Shown: positions 1-11,046, counted from the first letter of the whole stretch. The stretch: 63,995 nucleotides of DNA, filler included, from Ionaspis alba (GCA_964255285.1; 13 parts of 13 records of this genome joined end to end with filler, not necessarily neighbours in it), one strand, 5' to 3'. Notes: generated from the letters alone by a model not told the origin. Numbers and translations: made by a program.

Positions 1-239
1 CCTCGGGACCATGAGAGCGACAATCTTCAAAGATGACTTGATAATAGTCAAGACATAACCATAACACAGCAATCTGAGGCCTGGCGGTTGCTCAAGTGGA
101 ACTCCTTCCTCGGCTGCGACCGCTATCGGAACGGTGGAACCCATGCCGATGAAATCCACGTCCACAAGTCGGTCGTGTTTCGATTAAAATAATCATGAGG
201 ATGTGTTTTCTCTAACAGCTTTCCATTAACAGTAACAAG

Positions 240-827
240 ATGGCAGAAATCAGATTTGACAAAGCTCTTCGTGTAATTGACGAAGCGCATGCAGAAGACC
301 CAAACAAAATCACAATCAAAGACATTGACGTTCCGTACGAGCTACACTATGCTCAAAAAATGACCTCCTACCTTGAACAGCGCTGCCCTAAAGCGCCCGA
401 TACTCTACGTCTGGCCATACGTGCCCAGCACTTCCGGCGCTGGGAAGTTCCCCGAGCGTCATATCCCATGACAAAACCTGGCTACCATGCCTGGCGGACA
501 TTTCTCAAAAAGCGGCAAGCAGAATTGGCATCACAGATCTGTATAGACTGCGGCTATTCAGAAGAAGAGGCTGCAAGGGTTGCGGCAATGATACGGAAAG
601 AAGACCTGAAGAAAGATGAGGAGACACAGGTGCTGGAGGATGTGGCCTGTCTGGTTTTCTTGGATGATCAATTTGAGGCATTCAGAAAAGAGCATGATGA
701 GGAAAAGATCGTGGGTATCCTGAAGAAGACATGGGGCAAAATGTCAGAAAGGGGTAGAGAGATTGCGTTGAGTATTGAGATGGGAGACATGGAAAAGCAG
801 TTGGTGGCTAAGGCACTTGAAGGGTGA
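240..827 (+). CDS. DUF4202 family protein (often mislabelled glutamyl-tRNA synthetase in fungi)
   Basis: Single-exon 195-aa ORF with IDEAHAEDP, YELHYAQKM, LAIRAQHFRRWEVPR, QVLEDVACLVFL and KKTWGKMS motifs typical of DUF4202. Confidence 0.85.
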   Translation: MAEIRFDKALRVIDEAHAEDPNKITIKDIDVPYELHYAQKMTSYLEQRCPKAPDTLRLAIRAQHFRRWEVPRASYPMTKPGYHAWRTFLKKRQAELASQICIDCGYSEEEAARVAAMIRKEDLKKDEETQVLEDVACLVFLDDQFEAFRKEHDEEKIVGILKKTWGKMSERGREIALSIEMGDMEKQLVAKALEG

Positions 828-1333
828 TCCGTTGTGGCTCTCGACGCAGCCAATATGTGACCAGAGGACCAACTGCTCCAAAAATAAAGCTTTATCGATG
901 ACTCTTTAGATGACCCAACGACGGCAGAGTTCAAGATGAAACATTGGCTCCAATCGCTCCATTCAGCGATTCAACCAATATAGCTCGAGGACGCCACTTC
1001 GAGCTACTGACGTATATATGACGGAAAGTCATACAGTCGATACTGCACTACTACTGGGAATTTCGTATCACGTTGCCACGAGCTCTTATTACCGGACTGG
1101 AGATTTTCTCGATGGCTTGTGCAAGGGATTGACTCGAGGACTCTGAAGCTATGTACAGCAGTCTTTTTCAGTCCATCAGCCTGGCTCAGAACACTTCTGG
1201 CCGTCGACTCGTTCGCTTCAATCTCGAGTTTAATGTGGCCATGTCATTGCTGGCGACCTTCTCAAATGCATCCAAATCGTATCGATCGTAAGTCGTACCG
1301 TCGCTATGCAGGAAAAGTCGAGAAGTTCGTGTA

Positions 1334-2490
1334 TCAATGATGGTAACCAAGATTGATCAAACGGACCAAACCCACAGCTACCCCTGCACAGATTCCTCCA
1401 AGGAGGACCATCTGCAACGCACCTTGAGTGCACGTCAAGATGTTGCGTTTCCCGCGCCATCCGCTGACCACGCCGGTCTTGATCCATCCGAAGGCAAACA
1501 GGGCGATGACCATGGTTCCAATGCTCCACCACAGGGCGAGAAGCACCTCTTCACGTTTCACACAGAAATAGGGAATTAGGGGAACGAAGCCGCCGAGGAA
1601 GTACCCTAATGCTATGGTAATAGCCGAGGTCAATGGACGGGAACTCTTGGGCTTTGGCATCTCATGATGAAACGACATCAGACAGTCGACGAGATTTTCT
1701 GGCGACTCATGGAGGTTCTTGGAGATGCGCGAGATGTCGGATGCGCTGAGCCCAAATGGTTTGAAGATTTTATGAAGGAGACATGAAATTTGAGCAGGCG
1801 ATGTCTTGATGAGCTCCTGCGTCGATCTGGCAGTAGCCTCATAGGAGTGTCTGGACAGATGCGTTAATTGAGGAACAAACTGTGTCCTCCCGAATTACTC
1901 ACGCTTCGCTCTTAGCGCCGGTGAATCCTCCAAGTCCCATGGAAATGGCCCCCGCGAACAGCTCAGCCAAACCACCGAGAACAACGAGGCGGGTGTCTCC
2001 GAGAGAAGATAGGCCTGCGGTCAGAGCGAATGGTACCGTCAAACCATCTGCAAGCCTGAGGAGATGTCTTAGCAGTGGATTGCATTTGCTGTCGACAAGT
2101 AATCTCACCCAATGATAGCGTCCGAAATCACCCTTGCAGTGATGGTGAATTTGCGGAACCATTTGCGCTTCGGTTGTGGTTCTTCCTCTCGAAGCCGGCA
2201 ATGGTCACAGTGATAGGTGGGATCTTGGGCTTCAAGGTCGATGGAGCAGTCACTGCTGACCTGGACACTCATGGATTGAATATCTTCTTCGCTGATCTGG
2301 ACACTCATGGATTGAATATCTTCTACGCTGATAAGCTTGGACTCCCGAAGGGGCGTTCTCTAACAATTATGTGGCTGGGCGGAAACTCACCAGAACTCTT
2401 ATTTGGCTGCTCCTGAAAGGGCGGCTTTTCACTCTGAGCCTGTACGGGTTGCGCGCGGAAAACAAGATTCTTGAGAAGGGCCAACGACAT
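1334..2490 (-). CDS. CCC1: Vacuolar iron/manganese transporter, VIT1/CCC1 family
   Basis: Spliced model (exons ~2490-2391, 2322-2109, 2055-~1903, ~1851-1334) gives SDAIIGLADGLTVPFALTAGLSSLG, GGLAELFAGAISMGLGG and YFLGGFVPLIPYF. Confidence 0.93.
2261..2332 (-). repeat. 36-bp tandem duplication (2 copies, 1 mismatch) at the CCC1 intron 1/exon 2 junction
   Basis: 2261-2296 ctggacactcatggattgaatatcttcttcgctgat versus 2297-2332 ctggacactcatggattgaatatcttctacgctgat; encodes EDIQSMSVQ twice. Confidence 0.95.
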
Positions 2491-2631
2491 CTTGCTCGAG
2501 GTCTTGTTTGAAAGACAACGGTCTATTGGTGGTGGTGGAGCAATGTCGTTGTAAGATCTCAAGTCCTACAATAATAGTTGTTGTGTGGAAGGGCCTGATG
2601 AACGTGATGCCCTCTCCCAATTTGAAGCTAG

Positions 2632-2651
2632 CCAATCGGAACAGAGCGAAT
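2632..2651 (+). promoter_or_regulatory. Putative CCAAT-binding complex:HapX bipartite site upstream of CCC1
   Basis: CCAAT-cggaacagagcg-AAT matches CSAAT-N12-RWT, ~140 bp upstream of the CCC1 ATG; cccA is an established CBC:HapX target in Aspergillus. Confidence 0.6.
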
Positions 2652-3291
2652 GGTAAGCGCAAAAACCTCCTCATGCTTCTTGCCCCACAGTTACATGACA
2701 GGCTACGTTGTGACCGTGATTTTACTACTTCAATCATGCTTGTATGTCTACAACTTTGTCTGCGTGGCTATCAGCCGACGTGGTCTTCACAATGATGTAT
2801 GATCCTTTTGCCGCCACCCCGCGCGCAGAGAATGGGACCGAGTACAAGCTGTCACCCTAATTTCAGCCCGAGAACCACGCAGTATGTGGAGAGATGGTGG
2901 ACGCTAAATAATGTATGCATGCTGTTCCACTCCGCACAGCTTGCACACAAGCTGTACCTCCTGCCGGCGACTGCCTATGTTCTCAGGCGGCCAAATGATT
3001 GAGTGCCAAGGCATCTAATCAGATCAAGGACCATCTGCACCAACAAAGCCATTGAAAAAAACCCGCATATCGGATCAGAAGCGTCATAGCATCGCCTTCC
3101 AGCAAGAATCGTTTAACTTCTTTGCACCGCTATTGTACGCAAAGCTTGTCTTCATTTTACAATCCCAAGCTTTCGACCAGGAGGTGTAGTCCTTCGACTA
3201 CATGTCCATAACCTCAACCCAAGCAAACATCAGCCAGATCCTTCTCCTTCACTTCACTACCAAACCGTCTCCTCCGTCCACTATGCACATA

Positions 3292-3528
3292 TCAGGCGCC
3301 TCCCTCGCGCTTGGCATACTCTAGCTCCATGTTCTCCTCATACAACTTATCCGCCGCCTTTTCAACCTCTGACTTTGTCTGTTGCGCTGCCGAGCTCCCC
3401 TTCGATGCGCCTGCGTCGGTCACGGAGCCTGCGGCTTGACTGACGGCTGATTTGGCGTCCTGGGCGGAGTTCGGATCGAAGGCAGATGAGGCGGAAGGGG
3501 TTTCTGTGCTATGGCTTGGTGCCGACAT
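3292..3528 (-). CDS. Small conserved fungal protein (78 aa) ending in EYAKREGGA
   Basis: Ser/Ala-rich N-terminus followed by AADKLYEENMELEYAKREGGA*, a C-terminal motif I recognise from uncharacterised ascomycete microproteins; divergent from ERCC1. Confidence 0.75.
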   Translation of the reverse strand: MSAPSHSTETPSASSAFDPNSAQDAKSAVSQAAGSVTDAGASKGSSAAQQTKSEVEKAADKLYEENMELEYAKREGGA

Positions 3529-3737
3529 TCTGGTTGCTATCGTAAGAAGTTTGTTGCAGGGAGGTTCTGTGGAATATGATCTGCTGTTTGAAATGTACAG
3601 TCGTATGGTTTCTGACCGGTGACCGTTGTGCTATTTCTCTGCACGAATAGATAGACCGAGGACAAGTCGTGGCAAACTTGGCAAATCCAGCAAATAGTGA
3701 CCATCGTCATAGCGGGGCATTATCGCCGCGTGCTACC

Positions 3738-3743
3738 ACGCGT
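3738..3743. promoter_or_regulatory. MCB-like element (ACGCGT) in the divergent promoter of ERCC1/Rad10
   Basis: ACGCGT ~85 bp upstream of the ATG at 3827, with a second CGCGT at ~3727; plausible for a DNA repair gene, but the motif is short. Confidence 0.4.
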
Positions 3744-3826
3744 TCGTGGCGTTGTCGGAAGCTCCCTAATACTTACCCAAGACTGTGCGATCATTACAAT
3801 CAGCACGAAGTCGAGCAGAGAGAATA

Positions 3827-4945
3827 ATGGACGACGACTATGGCGACGACGCCGACTTCACTGCCGCTGTCGAAGCCATTGAAAGAAATCAACGCACCAC
3901 GGCAGCCCCTTCTACCGGCGCAAAAGGAGCCTCCACATCCACACCCAAAATTCAACAACCCACCCCACAAGCCCTTCCTTCTCGTAGCGCTCCCTCAACC
4001 ATTCTTGTATCCCCTCGTCAAAAAGGCAACCCGATACTCAACAACATCCACTCCCTACCATGGGAATATGCCGACACGCCTGCAGACTACATACTTGGTG
4101 CAACGACATGCGCCCTCTTCTTGAGCCTGAAATACCATCGTCTGCATCCAGAGTACATCTACACGCGCATTCGGGCGCTGGCCGGCAAATATAACCTCCG
4201 CGTGCTACTTACAATGGTTGATATTGCCAACCACGAGGAGTCTTTGCGGGAGCTGTCAAAGACCAGTCTAGTGAACAACTTGACATTGATCTTGTGCTGG
4301 AGCGCGAAAGAGGCAGCGAGGTATTTGGAGCTTTACAAAAGCTTCGAGTTTGCGTCTCCGGCGTCGATCAAGGCGCAGCAGGCGACGGGGTATGCAGAGA
4401 AGGTCGTGGAGTTTGTGACAGTGCCAAGGAGCATAAACAAAACAGATGCTGTATCCCTGGTCAGCTCCTTTGGAAGCGTGCGGGCGGCTGTCAATGCTAG
4501 GGCAGAAGAGATCGCTACTGTAGGAGGGTGGGGAGAAAAAAAAGTCGTCAGGTGGTGTGGAAGTGTAAGAGAGCCATTTAGGATAGGGAGGGCTGGGAAG
4601 AGGCGGCTTGAGGATGAAGATGGGGAAAGGGCCGCTGCTAAAGGAGTTGGCAAAGCTATTCCAGTGGGGAGAGGACCAAGTAGAGAAGTCTCGAGTCTGG
4701 GTGCAGACTCTGCGAGGAGAACACCAGATACGGAGAGGAGGCCGTCGAAGAGAGTGGCGGAGGCAGTGCCGTTGTGGGAGCCGGGAGATGATGAGGAGGA
4801 AGCTCTGATGCTTGCGGCTGCTGAGTACGAGGCAGAAACCAGAAATGCGCCATCAGCTCCGGCTTCTGCAAAGAACCCGAAGCCGAACGAGCCGAAGCTG
4901 GCTGAGGGTATTGAGGCGGCATTAGCAAAGTTGAGGGAAAAGTGA
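3827..4945 (+). CDS. RAD10: DNA excision repair protein ERCC1/Rad10/Swi10
   Basis: ILVSPRQKGNPIL, ALFLSLKYHRLHPEYI, LILCWSAKEAARYLE and a C-terminal HhH region (PRSINKTDAVSLVSSFGS, GWGEKKV); likely start MDDDYG at 3827. Confidence 0.95.
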   Translation: MDDDYGDDADFTAAVEAIERNQRTTAAPSTGAKGASTSTPKIQQPTPQALPSRSAPSTILVSPRQKGNPILNNIHSLPWEYADTPADYILGATTCALFLSLKYHRLHPEYIYTRIRALAGKYNLRVLLTMVDIANHEESLRELSKTSLVNNLTLILCWSAKEAARYLELYKSFEFASPASIKAQQATGYAEKVVEFVTVPRSINKTDAVSLVSSFGSVRAAVNARAEEIATVGGWGEKKVVRWCGSVREPFRIGRAGKRRLEDEDGERAAAKGVGKAIPVGRGPSREVSSLGADSARRTPDTERRPSKRVAEAVPLWEPGDDEEEALMLAAAEYEAETRNAPSAPASAKNPKPNEPKLAEGIEAALAKLREK

Positions 4946-4954
4946 AGACACATC

Positions 4955-5054
4955 NNNNNNNNNNNNNNNNNNNNNNNNNNNNNNNNNNNNNNNNNNNNTT
5001 AATTAATTAANNNNNNNNNNNNNNNNNNNNNNNNNNNNNNNNNNNNNNNNNNNN
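4955..5054. other. Artificial scaffold-concatenation linker (first of 12)
   Basis: N44-TTAATTAATTAA-N44 (stops in all six frames). Others at 9989, 14996, 19994, 24987, 29963, 34934, 39869, 44778, 49672, 54555 and 59433; intervening pieces fall monotonically from 4934 to 4778 bp. Plain 100-N gaps occur at 7966, 21644 and 27713. Confidence 0.99.
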
Positions 5055-5906
5055 GGTCTCCCTAATATGCATTAACAGCACATAGAGTGATTGCCTCACG
5101 TGCTCTGCAGAAATGTATATCTTAGCAGCCAACAGGAATTGATAAAGCCTATAAGCATTGCTGCAAAAGCAAAAACAAAATGCAGCCTCGTAATTCTCCT
5201 AACCGCTTGACACGAATGAGGAGAACGACTAGGAAGCCATTCGTCAGGCCCATCACCTCAAGCTCTGCAGTAGCGTGATTCGTGCCCAATTCGACCTATG
5301 AAAATAAATCCTCATCGGTCACTGCTGTCAACAAAGCAAGATTGGTCCGTCTCGAATACTACGGCACCGTAAGCACCGAGCCAGGGAAGATCCTTTCAAA
5401 ACCACGATCTTCCCGCGAGAGTTTCGCAAACAAAGTCTTGTAAGATTCAAACGGTTTCTCGAATCTGATATCGGTGTGCTTTATCCGCCTGCATAGAGGC
5501 GGCGAGAGCGGGAAGTGACAGCAAGCTTGGCAGGGGGCTGCCGTCGGAACGAACCCTTGCACATCCCGCGAGAGGATTTTCTGACAGTAAACAGTGTCGA
5601 CGACAGAGGATTTTGAGGACAACCAGCAGTGTACAGCCAATACAGGATTTCAATCTCACAACTGCCATCCACCGTCGCTACAAAGCTCTGTCTGGTCGAC
5701 TTTCGAGCATTCTCAGTCCGCTGCAAACGAGTTTACTACGCGGCTGCTGGCGTAAACAAACGCACCAGCATGAACATGCGGCAGCGAGCGAGACCGTTTC
5801 TTTCATGGTACCGGCAACTTCAGCAGTCATAGCGATCAAATAGTGGCTGTTTGGCATCAACAGACGCTCAAAGGAGCGATAATTGTGCCAAACTCGTCCT
5901 GTCCCA

Positions 5907-7613
5907 ATGGATCCTCCTCCACCGCCTCCACCGCATGGCAGCAACGCTGGCAACAAATCAGGACTACCACCAGGCAATTACGACATATTCATCATACCAC
6001 CTCACTCATCCGGATCAGGATTCCTCTACCTACCATCACTTCAGACTCATCGAAATAGCTTCCTAGCTGGAGTTGCCTGCACCTTGACCGCCATTGCGAT
6101 ATGGACAATCGTCTTTCCAGTCCTGAAAGAATGGTTCTCGACAATAGTAGCAAGTGGAGGGATGGGTGTTTTCATGCTCTTGATCGGAGTGGGTGTTGCT
6201 GGTTGGGCTTGGGGCAAAACACAAATGGAGACGGGCGGGTCTGCGAAAGGAGGCGCAGGAGGTGTAGGAGGTGGCTCAAATACGTACGCCAACGGAAGTG
6301 CTGCCGGAGCTGCACCTGACCCATCACATGGAGGTATGCCAGGCGCATCTGCTGGACCACCGCCAGGTGCTGGTTCTCGTGCACCACCAAAACCAACGTG
6401 GCAGAGATCAAATACCACTCCCAACAATGCCAGTGGTACGACAGGCGCAAGTGCTGGTGCTGGTGCAGCAAAAGGTGGATGGGAAAAGGCTAGAGAGGAG
6501 ACCAGGAAGAAAGAAGAAGAGCGCAAAAAGGCAGAAGAGCTCCGCAAGAAACGCGAAGAAGACGAGAAAGAGCGTGTAAAACAACGAGAAAAAGACGCCC
6601 GAGAGCGCGAAGCTCGGGAAAGACGAGAAAAAGAGCTTCGCGAAGGGCGAGAACGAAGAGAAAGAGAGGCAAGGGACAAAGTCCGAGACCCTACCAGCCC
6701 TCGAAAAACCGACACCTCACGCCCCTCTTCCCCGACCAAAAACCACCGCCAACCCACCGCCAAAACGGCCACCGACGACGACGCCTCCTACTCCTTCCGT
6801 CCCTACGACAAGCCCAAACGCCCCCTCCACAAAACCACCTCCGCCTCCTCCGTCTACTCCGAATCCTCCTACGCGCCCTCCCAATCGACAGCACGCACAA
6901 CCCCGCCTCCCTCCCACCGCGGTCCTTACCATACCAAAGACCCCGATAAGATCGTCATCAAGGCCGTCTACTCTTTCAACAACGCTTTCACGAAACTGCC
7001 TGTTGCCCAGCTCGTTTCGGGCATGGGCTCTGTCACCGATGGACTGATTTTGCGGATTACGACCGAGGGGCTGTTCATCGATGATGATGTGAGAGGCGTG
7101 CCGCAGCGTGAGTGGGATGTTAAGGCTTGGACGATGAAATTGGTCGAGGTATGGTGTCCCTGTTTCTCTGCTCTGGGAGCGAGTTCTGGCTCCGGTTTTG
7201 CTGCGTCGTCGCGCTCTCCCCCTGCTGGGCGATCTTCTTTCTTCGGTTCGAAAGGTGTTGCGTCGAAAGCACCGACGGCTGAAGAGACGGACGCTTTTGT
7301 GGATGGTCTTCTCGCGGCTTGTAAAGCGGAGTGTGAGCGCGGGTTTTCAGCTTCTAAGATTGAGTCTTTGGGCAAGAGGTCTAATGCTTCTTTTGAGCAG
7401 AGCGGTGAATATAAGGGCCTTCATGTCCTTAGAGCCAGTATTAGAGATCAAGAGGGGAAGAGATATCTCTTCGTCTTGCAAGAGGAGGAGGGATGGAAGG
7501 TCGCTGTTGGATTGCAGCGACTGAGACGGGGAACCCAGGTGAGGGCTCTAGGAGTAAGTGGGATGGCGGCGAATGAGACGAAGGCTATTCTTGAGGGGAT
7601 GGGATGGGTTTGA
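5907..7613 (+). CDS. Conserved fungal membrane protein of unknown function (2 TM, charged coiled coil, conserved C-terminal domain)
   Basis: Long ORF from MDPPPPPPPHG; GNYDIFIIPPHSSGSGFLYLPSL, two hydrophobic helices, an E/R/K-rich coil, TDGLILRITTEGLFIDDDVRGVPQREWDVKAWTMKLVE and HVLRASIRDQEGKRYLFVL. Confidence 0.85.
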   Translation: MDPPPPPPPHGSNAGNKSGLPPGNYDIFIIPPHSSGSGFLYLPSLQTHRNSFLAGVACTLTAIAIWTIVFPVLKEWFSTIVASGGMGVFMLLIGVGVAGWAWGKTQMETGGSAKGGAGGVGGGSNTYANGSAAGAAPDPSHGGMPGASAGPPPGAGSRAPPKPTWQRSNTTPNNASGTTGASAGAGAAKGGWEKAREETRKKEEERKKAEELRKKREEDEKERVKQREKDAREREARERREKELREGRERREREARDKVRDPTSPRKTDTSRPSSPTKNHRQPTAKTATDDDASYSFRPYDKPKRPLHKTTSASSVYSESSYAPSQSTARTTPPPSHRGPYHTKDPDKIVIKAVYSFNNAFTKLPVAQLVSGMGSVTDGLILRITTEGLFIDDDVRGVPQREWDVKAWTMKLVEVWCPCFSALGASSGSGFAASSRSPPAGRSSFFGSKGVASKAPTAEETDAFVDGLLAACKAECERGFSASKIESLGKRSNASFEQSGEYKGLHVLRASIRDQEGKRYLFVLQEEEGWKVAVGLQRLRRGTQVRALGVSGMAANETKAILEGMGWV

Positions 7614-8554
7614 AATGGTGTTGTTGCCCGAGAGAATGTCTGGAATGTCAACAATCCCAGACATTCTCCGGGCACATCATCACCTGACTCAGCAAAGTGG
7701 AAAGCCATGTACATTGGGACGAGCTGTGTGTTTTTCATTTGTCTACCTACTCGTACAGTTGAGCGCAGCGGCATAGCATGAGCGATGGAGTTTACATTCG
7801 TTGGACAGGATGGATCTTACCTGCAGTTCCCATACCCCTTTGAAGTTGTTGGGAGAGATTTGCTAGAGCGGGTAGATGATAGGTTGAAGGAGTCGTCACT
7901 CTTTTGATTTAAGGAAGTCCTACAGCACGCATAGGTTCCCGTGAGACTGTTTATGAATACAGTGGNNNNNNNNNNNNNNNNNNNNNNNNNNNNNNNNNNN
8001 NNNNNNNNNNNNNNNNNNNNNNNNNNNNNNNNNNNNNNNNNNNNNNNNNNNNNNNNNNNNNNNNNCAAGTCTGGAAGGCCTCTTCAACTTTTGCCGTCAC
8101 AAGTTCTCACTCAAGACGGTATTGAAATTTCTGATAGCTCGGAATGCTTCTCATACAGCCGAAGCAGGGTGAAAGAGGAACAAACGATTGGGTCATGCGG
8201 GCAGTCGCCTACTCAATTGGATGATCTATGAGATATGAACTCGAGTGGCTCTGCGCGGAGAGGTTCATGCCCTGAGCGTTTTTAGGCAATGTTGACGTTT
8301 GGGAGCCCGAATGGGCACCCAAAGCTCTGTGTCGGCTCCAGGATCCCATACAGGATCCTTCAGAAAGAATCCAGAGCTAAGCCTCTCCTCTCGGACCACG
8401 GATGCTGTTATAGCCACAGCTGTTGTATTTCCTTTTCCCCTGCTAAGGTGGTGCTTACACCTGTCCTCGTCGTATGAGTCCCAACTTCGCCCTCTGTTCC
8501 AATGTGACTATCTAACTATCTCCCTTCGTACTCTACCGGCCGTTTTAATACAGA

Positions 8555-9988
8555 TCACTTAGGCCTGTTTCTTGTGAAATCAAGCCACGGATCCTTTTTC
8601 AGCTCCTTCGCTGTCGCTCTATCTTCCGGGAGCCAGCACAGCATCCTTCTCATAAAATTCAGGAAAAGCTCCTTGTCTTCATTTACTATGCATTCTGGAA
8701 CCGTATTCGAGAGATTCCGCTCGAAAGGTATCAAGTCCTTGCGCACAAATTCGCCTGGAGTCCAATGATTAGCTGTGATTTGAATTAGGATATGAATTCT
8801 ACTTAAGCTTACCGTCGTCAGAGAAGAATGGCCCACCAAAGAAATCGACAGCATTGTTGCATAGTTTACCTTCGTGATTATAAGCTTTTGGGGCCCATCT
8901 CCAATGCCGCATGCTTCTTTCGCGTTCGACCAGCGTTTCCGGCACAGGTCCGAGTAAGGCAATCATTTCTGCCAGGTGATGCTGAGCGCTATACGAATGG
9001 TTCTTACGATCGGTCGTCTGAAACAGTTCTCGACCTGCAAGGAGATCCCAAACCTAGAAATAAAAAAATTAGCGCTCTTGTGCAAAGGCTATCAAGAACA
9101 AATACAGTCATGATATTTACCATTATACCAAAATTCCAGATATCAGCGCTATACGACCATCCCGTGCCAAGGAGAACCTCCGGGGCATGGCAATGATCCG
9201 GTTGAATTGGATGAATGCGCGGTCCCGGCTGGTCTCCTCGTTCTGCTAGACCGAAATCTGTAATTTTTGGAGATATCTTCTTCAGTGCAGCCTTGCCGTC
9301 AAAATCTCCAAAATCATTATGGCAGAGATATACTGCTCGACCATCGACGAGCTTCCGAGCCATTGGATTCTCAACCTGGCCTTGGACAAAGCTTTCAATA
9401 ACTGATGTATCCTCGAATACAACCAGGATATTGTCCAATTTCAAATCTACGCAGAGATTCAGCGCGTCTCAATAAATAAAGAATCAAATCCATGCTCACC
9501 CGTGTGGATGATATGGCATTCTGAATGCAGATAGTCGAGACCTTCGAGCAAAATCTGAAGATAAGCCTTAAAAATGGGTAGAAAAGGGTGAGTCACTTTA
9601 TCCGCGCCGAATCGCCGTCTGAACAACCATAGTGGTTCCCTCATAGGTTCGAAAACCAAGCAAAGGTGTGATCCGTTCGGCGAAACAACTTCGAAACTGT
9701 TAATAACGGTTCTAAGGATACTACGTCCTCTGTGATCTGGCTTGGCGCCGGCAATGCGAGTGGATATATCCAACTCGTGTCTAGCAGCTTCTTTGCTCGA
9801 ATATCTGCAGTCGTTGATTTTGATGACCATATAGTGATTCGACTGCCATCTCCGGCTAAAATTGCGTTAGCACAATATATGAATATTTGATTGGAGGGCT
9901 CAGTCACCGGCTAATATCCTGCGCGAGCCAAACAGTCGATGAAGTTCCCCATCCAATCTTTGCCTTCAACTCATACCTCCGGTCTAAT
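8555..9988 (-). CDS. SRPK-like (CMGC) Ser/Thr protein kinase, 5' truncated by scaffold end
   Basis: Five visible exons splice in frame: KIGWGTSSTVWLAQD, HLCLVFEPMRE, IIHTDLKLDNIL, ITDFGLA, HAPEVLLGTGWSYSADIWNFG, HLAEMIALLGP and WLPEDRATAKEL. Confidence 0.92.
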
Positions 9989-11046
9989 NNNNNNNNNNNN
10001 NNNNNNNNNNNNNNNNNNNNNNNNNNNNNNNNTTAATTAATTAANNNNNNNNNNNNNNNNNNNNNNNNNNNNNNNNNNNNNNNNNNNNGGGCGTGCCTGA
10101 TTTGGGGGTGGACCGAGGCCTAGGCTGGAAGAAGTTTAGGGGTGTGACTGGCATCATGCTTATTTCTTCGCCAAGCTCTTCAAGCCATGGTCCGCACTGT
10201 CGAAATGGAGGTTATTGTGATATGAACCGCAGAGACGCTCGCCCCGACCTTGTGCTCATATGTCAAACAAAAATGATATGGGGACTCGTGACAGCGCTTC
10301 CGGATTTACATCCTCCCGCAAAGCATACTGCGGAGATCCTTCAAAGCTCGTTCTTGCGAGTCTACAGATCAACAGGAACGTCGCCTACTTCTTATAACGC
10401 CCGAAAAAGGATTCTCAGCTCATATAAGTGAATCACATCTCACTGCCTCGTGAGATAAGCTTAGAATTACAACAGTGGGAAGTTGCTGGACGACAATGGA
10501 GCTTTCATCCCAGTAATTCGTTTACTTTCCCTTGGTTCAAGATATCCTGCCATTCCAACTAACGTACCGCAAATATCGACAACACTATCGGCAGCTCGAT
10601 ATAAACAATATAAGCAAATGGAGCCAGATTGACTCAATCATGGAAGGTCGAAGATGTCTGTATCAGGAGCCAGGTGAGCTGGAAAGCAGCACAACCTTCT
10701 TCATGACAGGACAGATACAGAAACGCAAAGTGAAGCCAAATTACTAATGGTGGAACAAGTTTATTTCAATTGATATTGTTGAAATTGATTGGTGGCAGAG
10801 ATACAAAATCCTCTTTAAGGTAATATATAACACTTCGTATGGATTCCTGAATTAGGTACGATATCGAACAAATGAAGAAAGTGTCACATGGCAGAGAGAG
10901 TCCTAGTAGTTAACAAATCCATTCTGAGTGCCCGAATTGAACCTGAATTTTAGATCCCTTTCTTGTTGAAAGAAATGAAGCAGAGCCCTCACATTGTATA
11001 GAGTCCTTTCACTCAACGCAAACTTTTTATGCTCTCAAGAACACGC

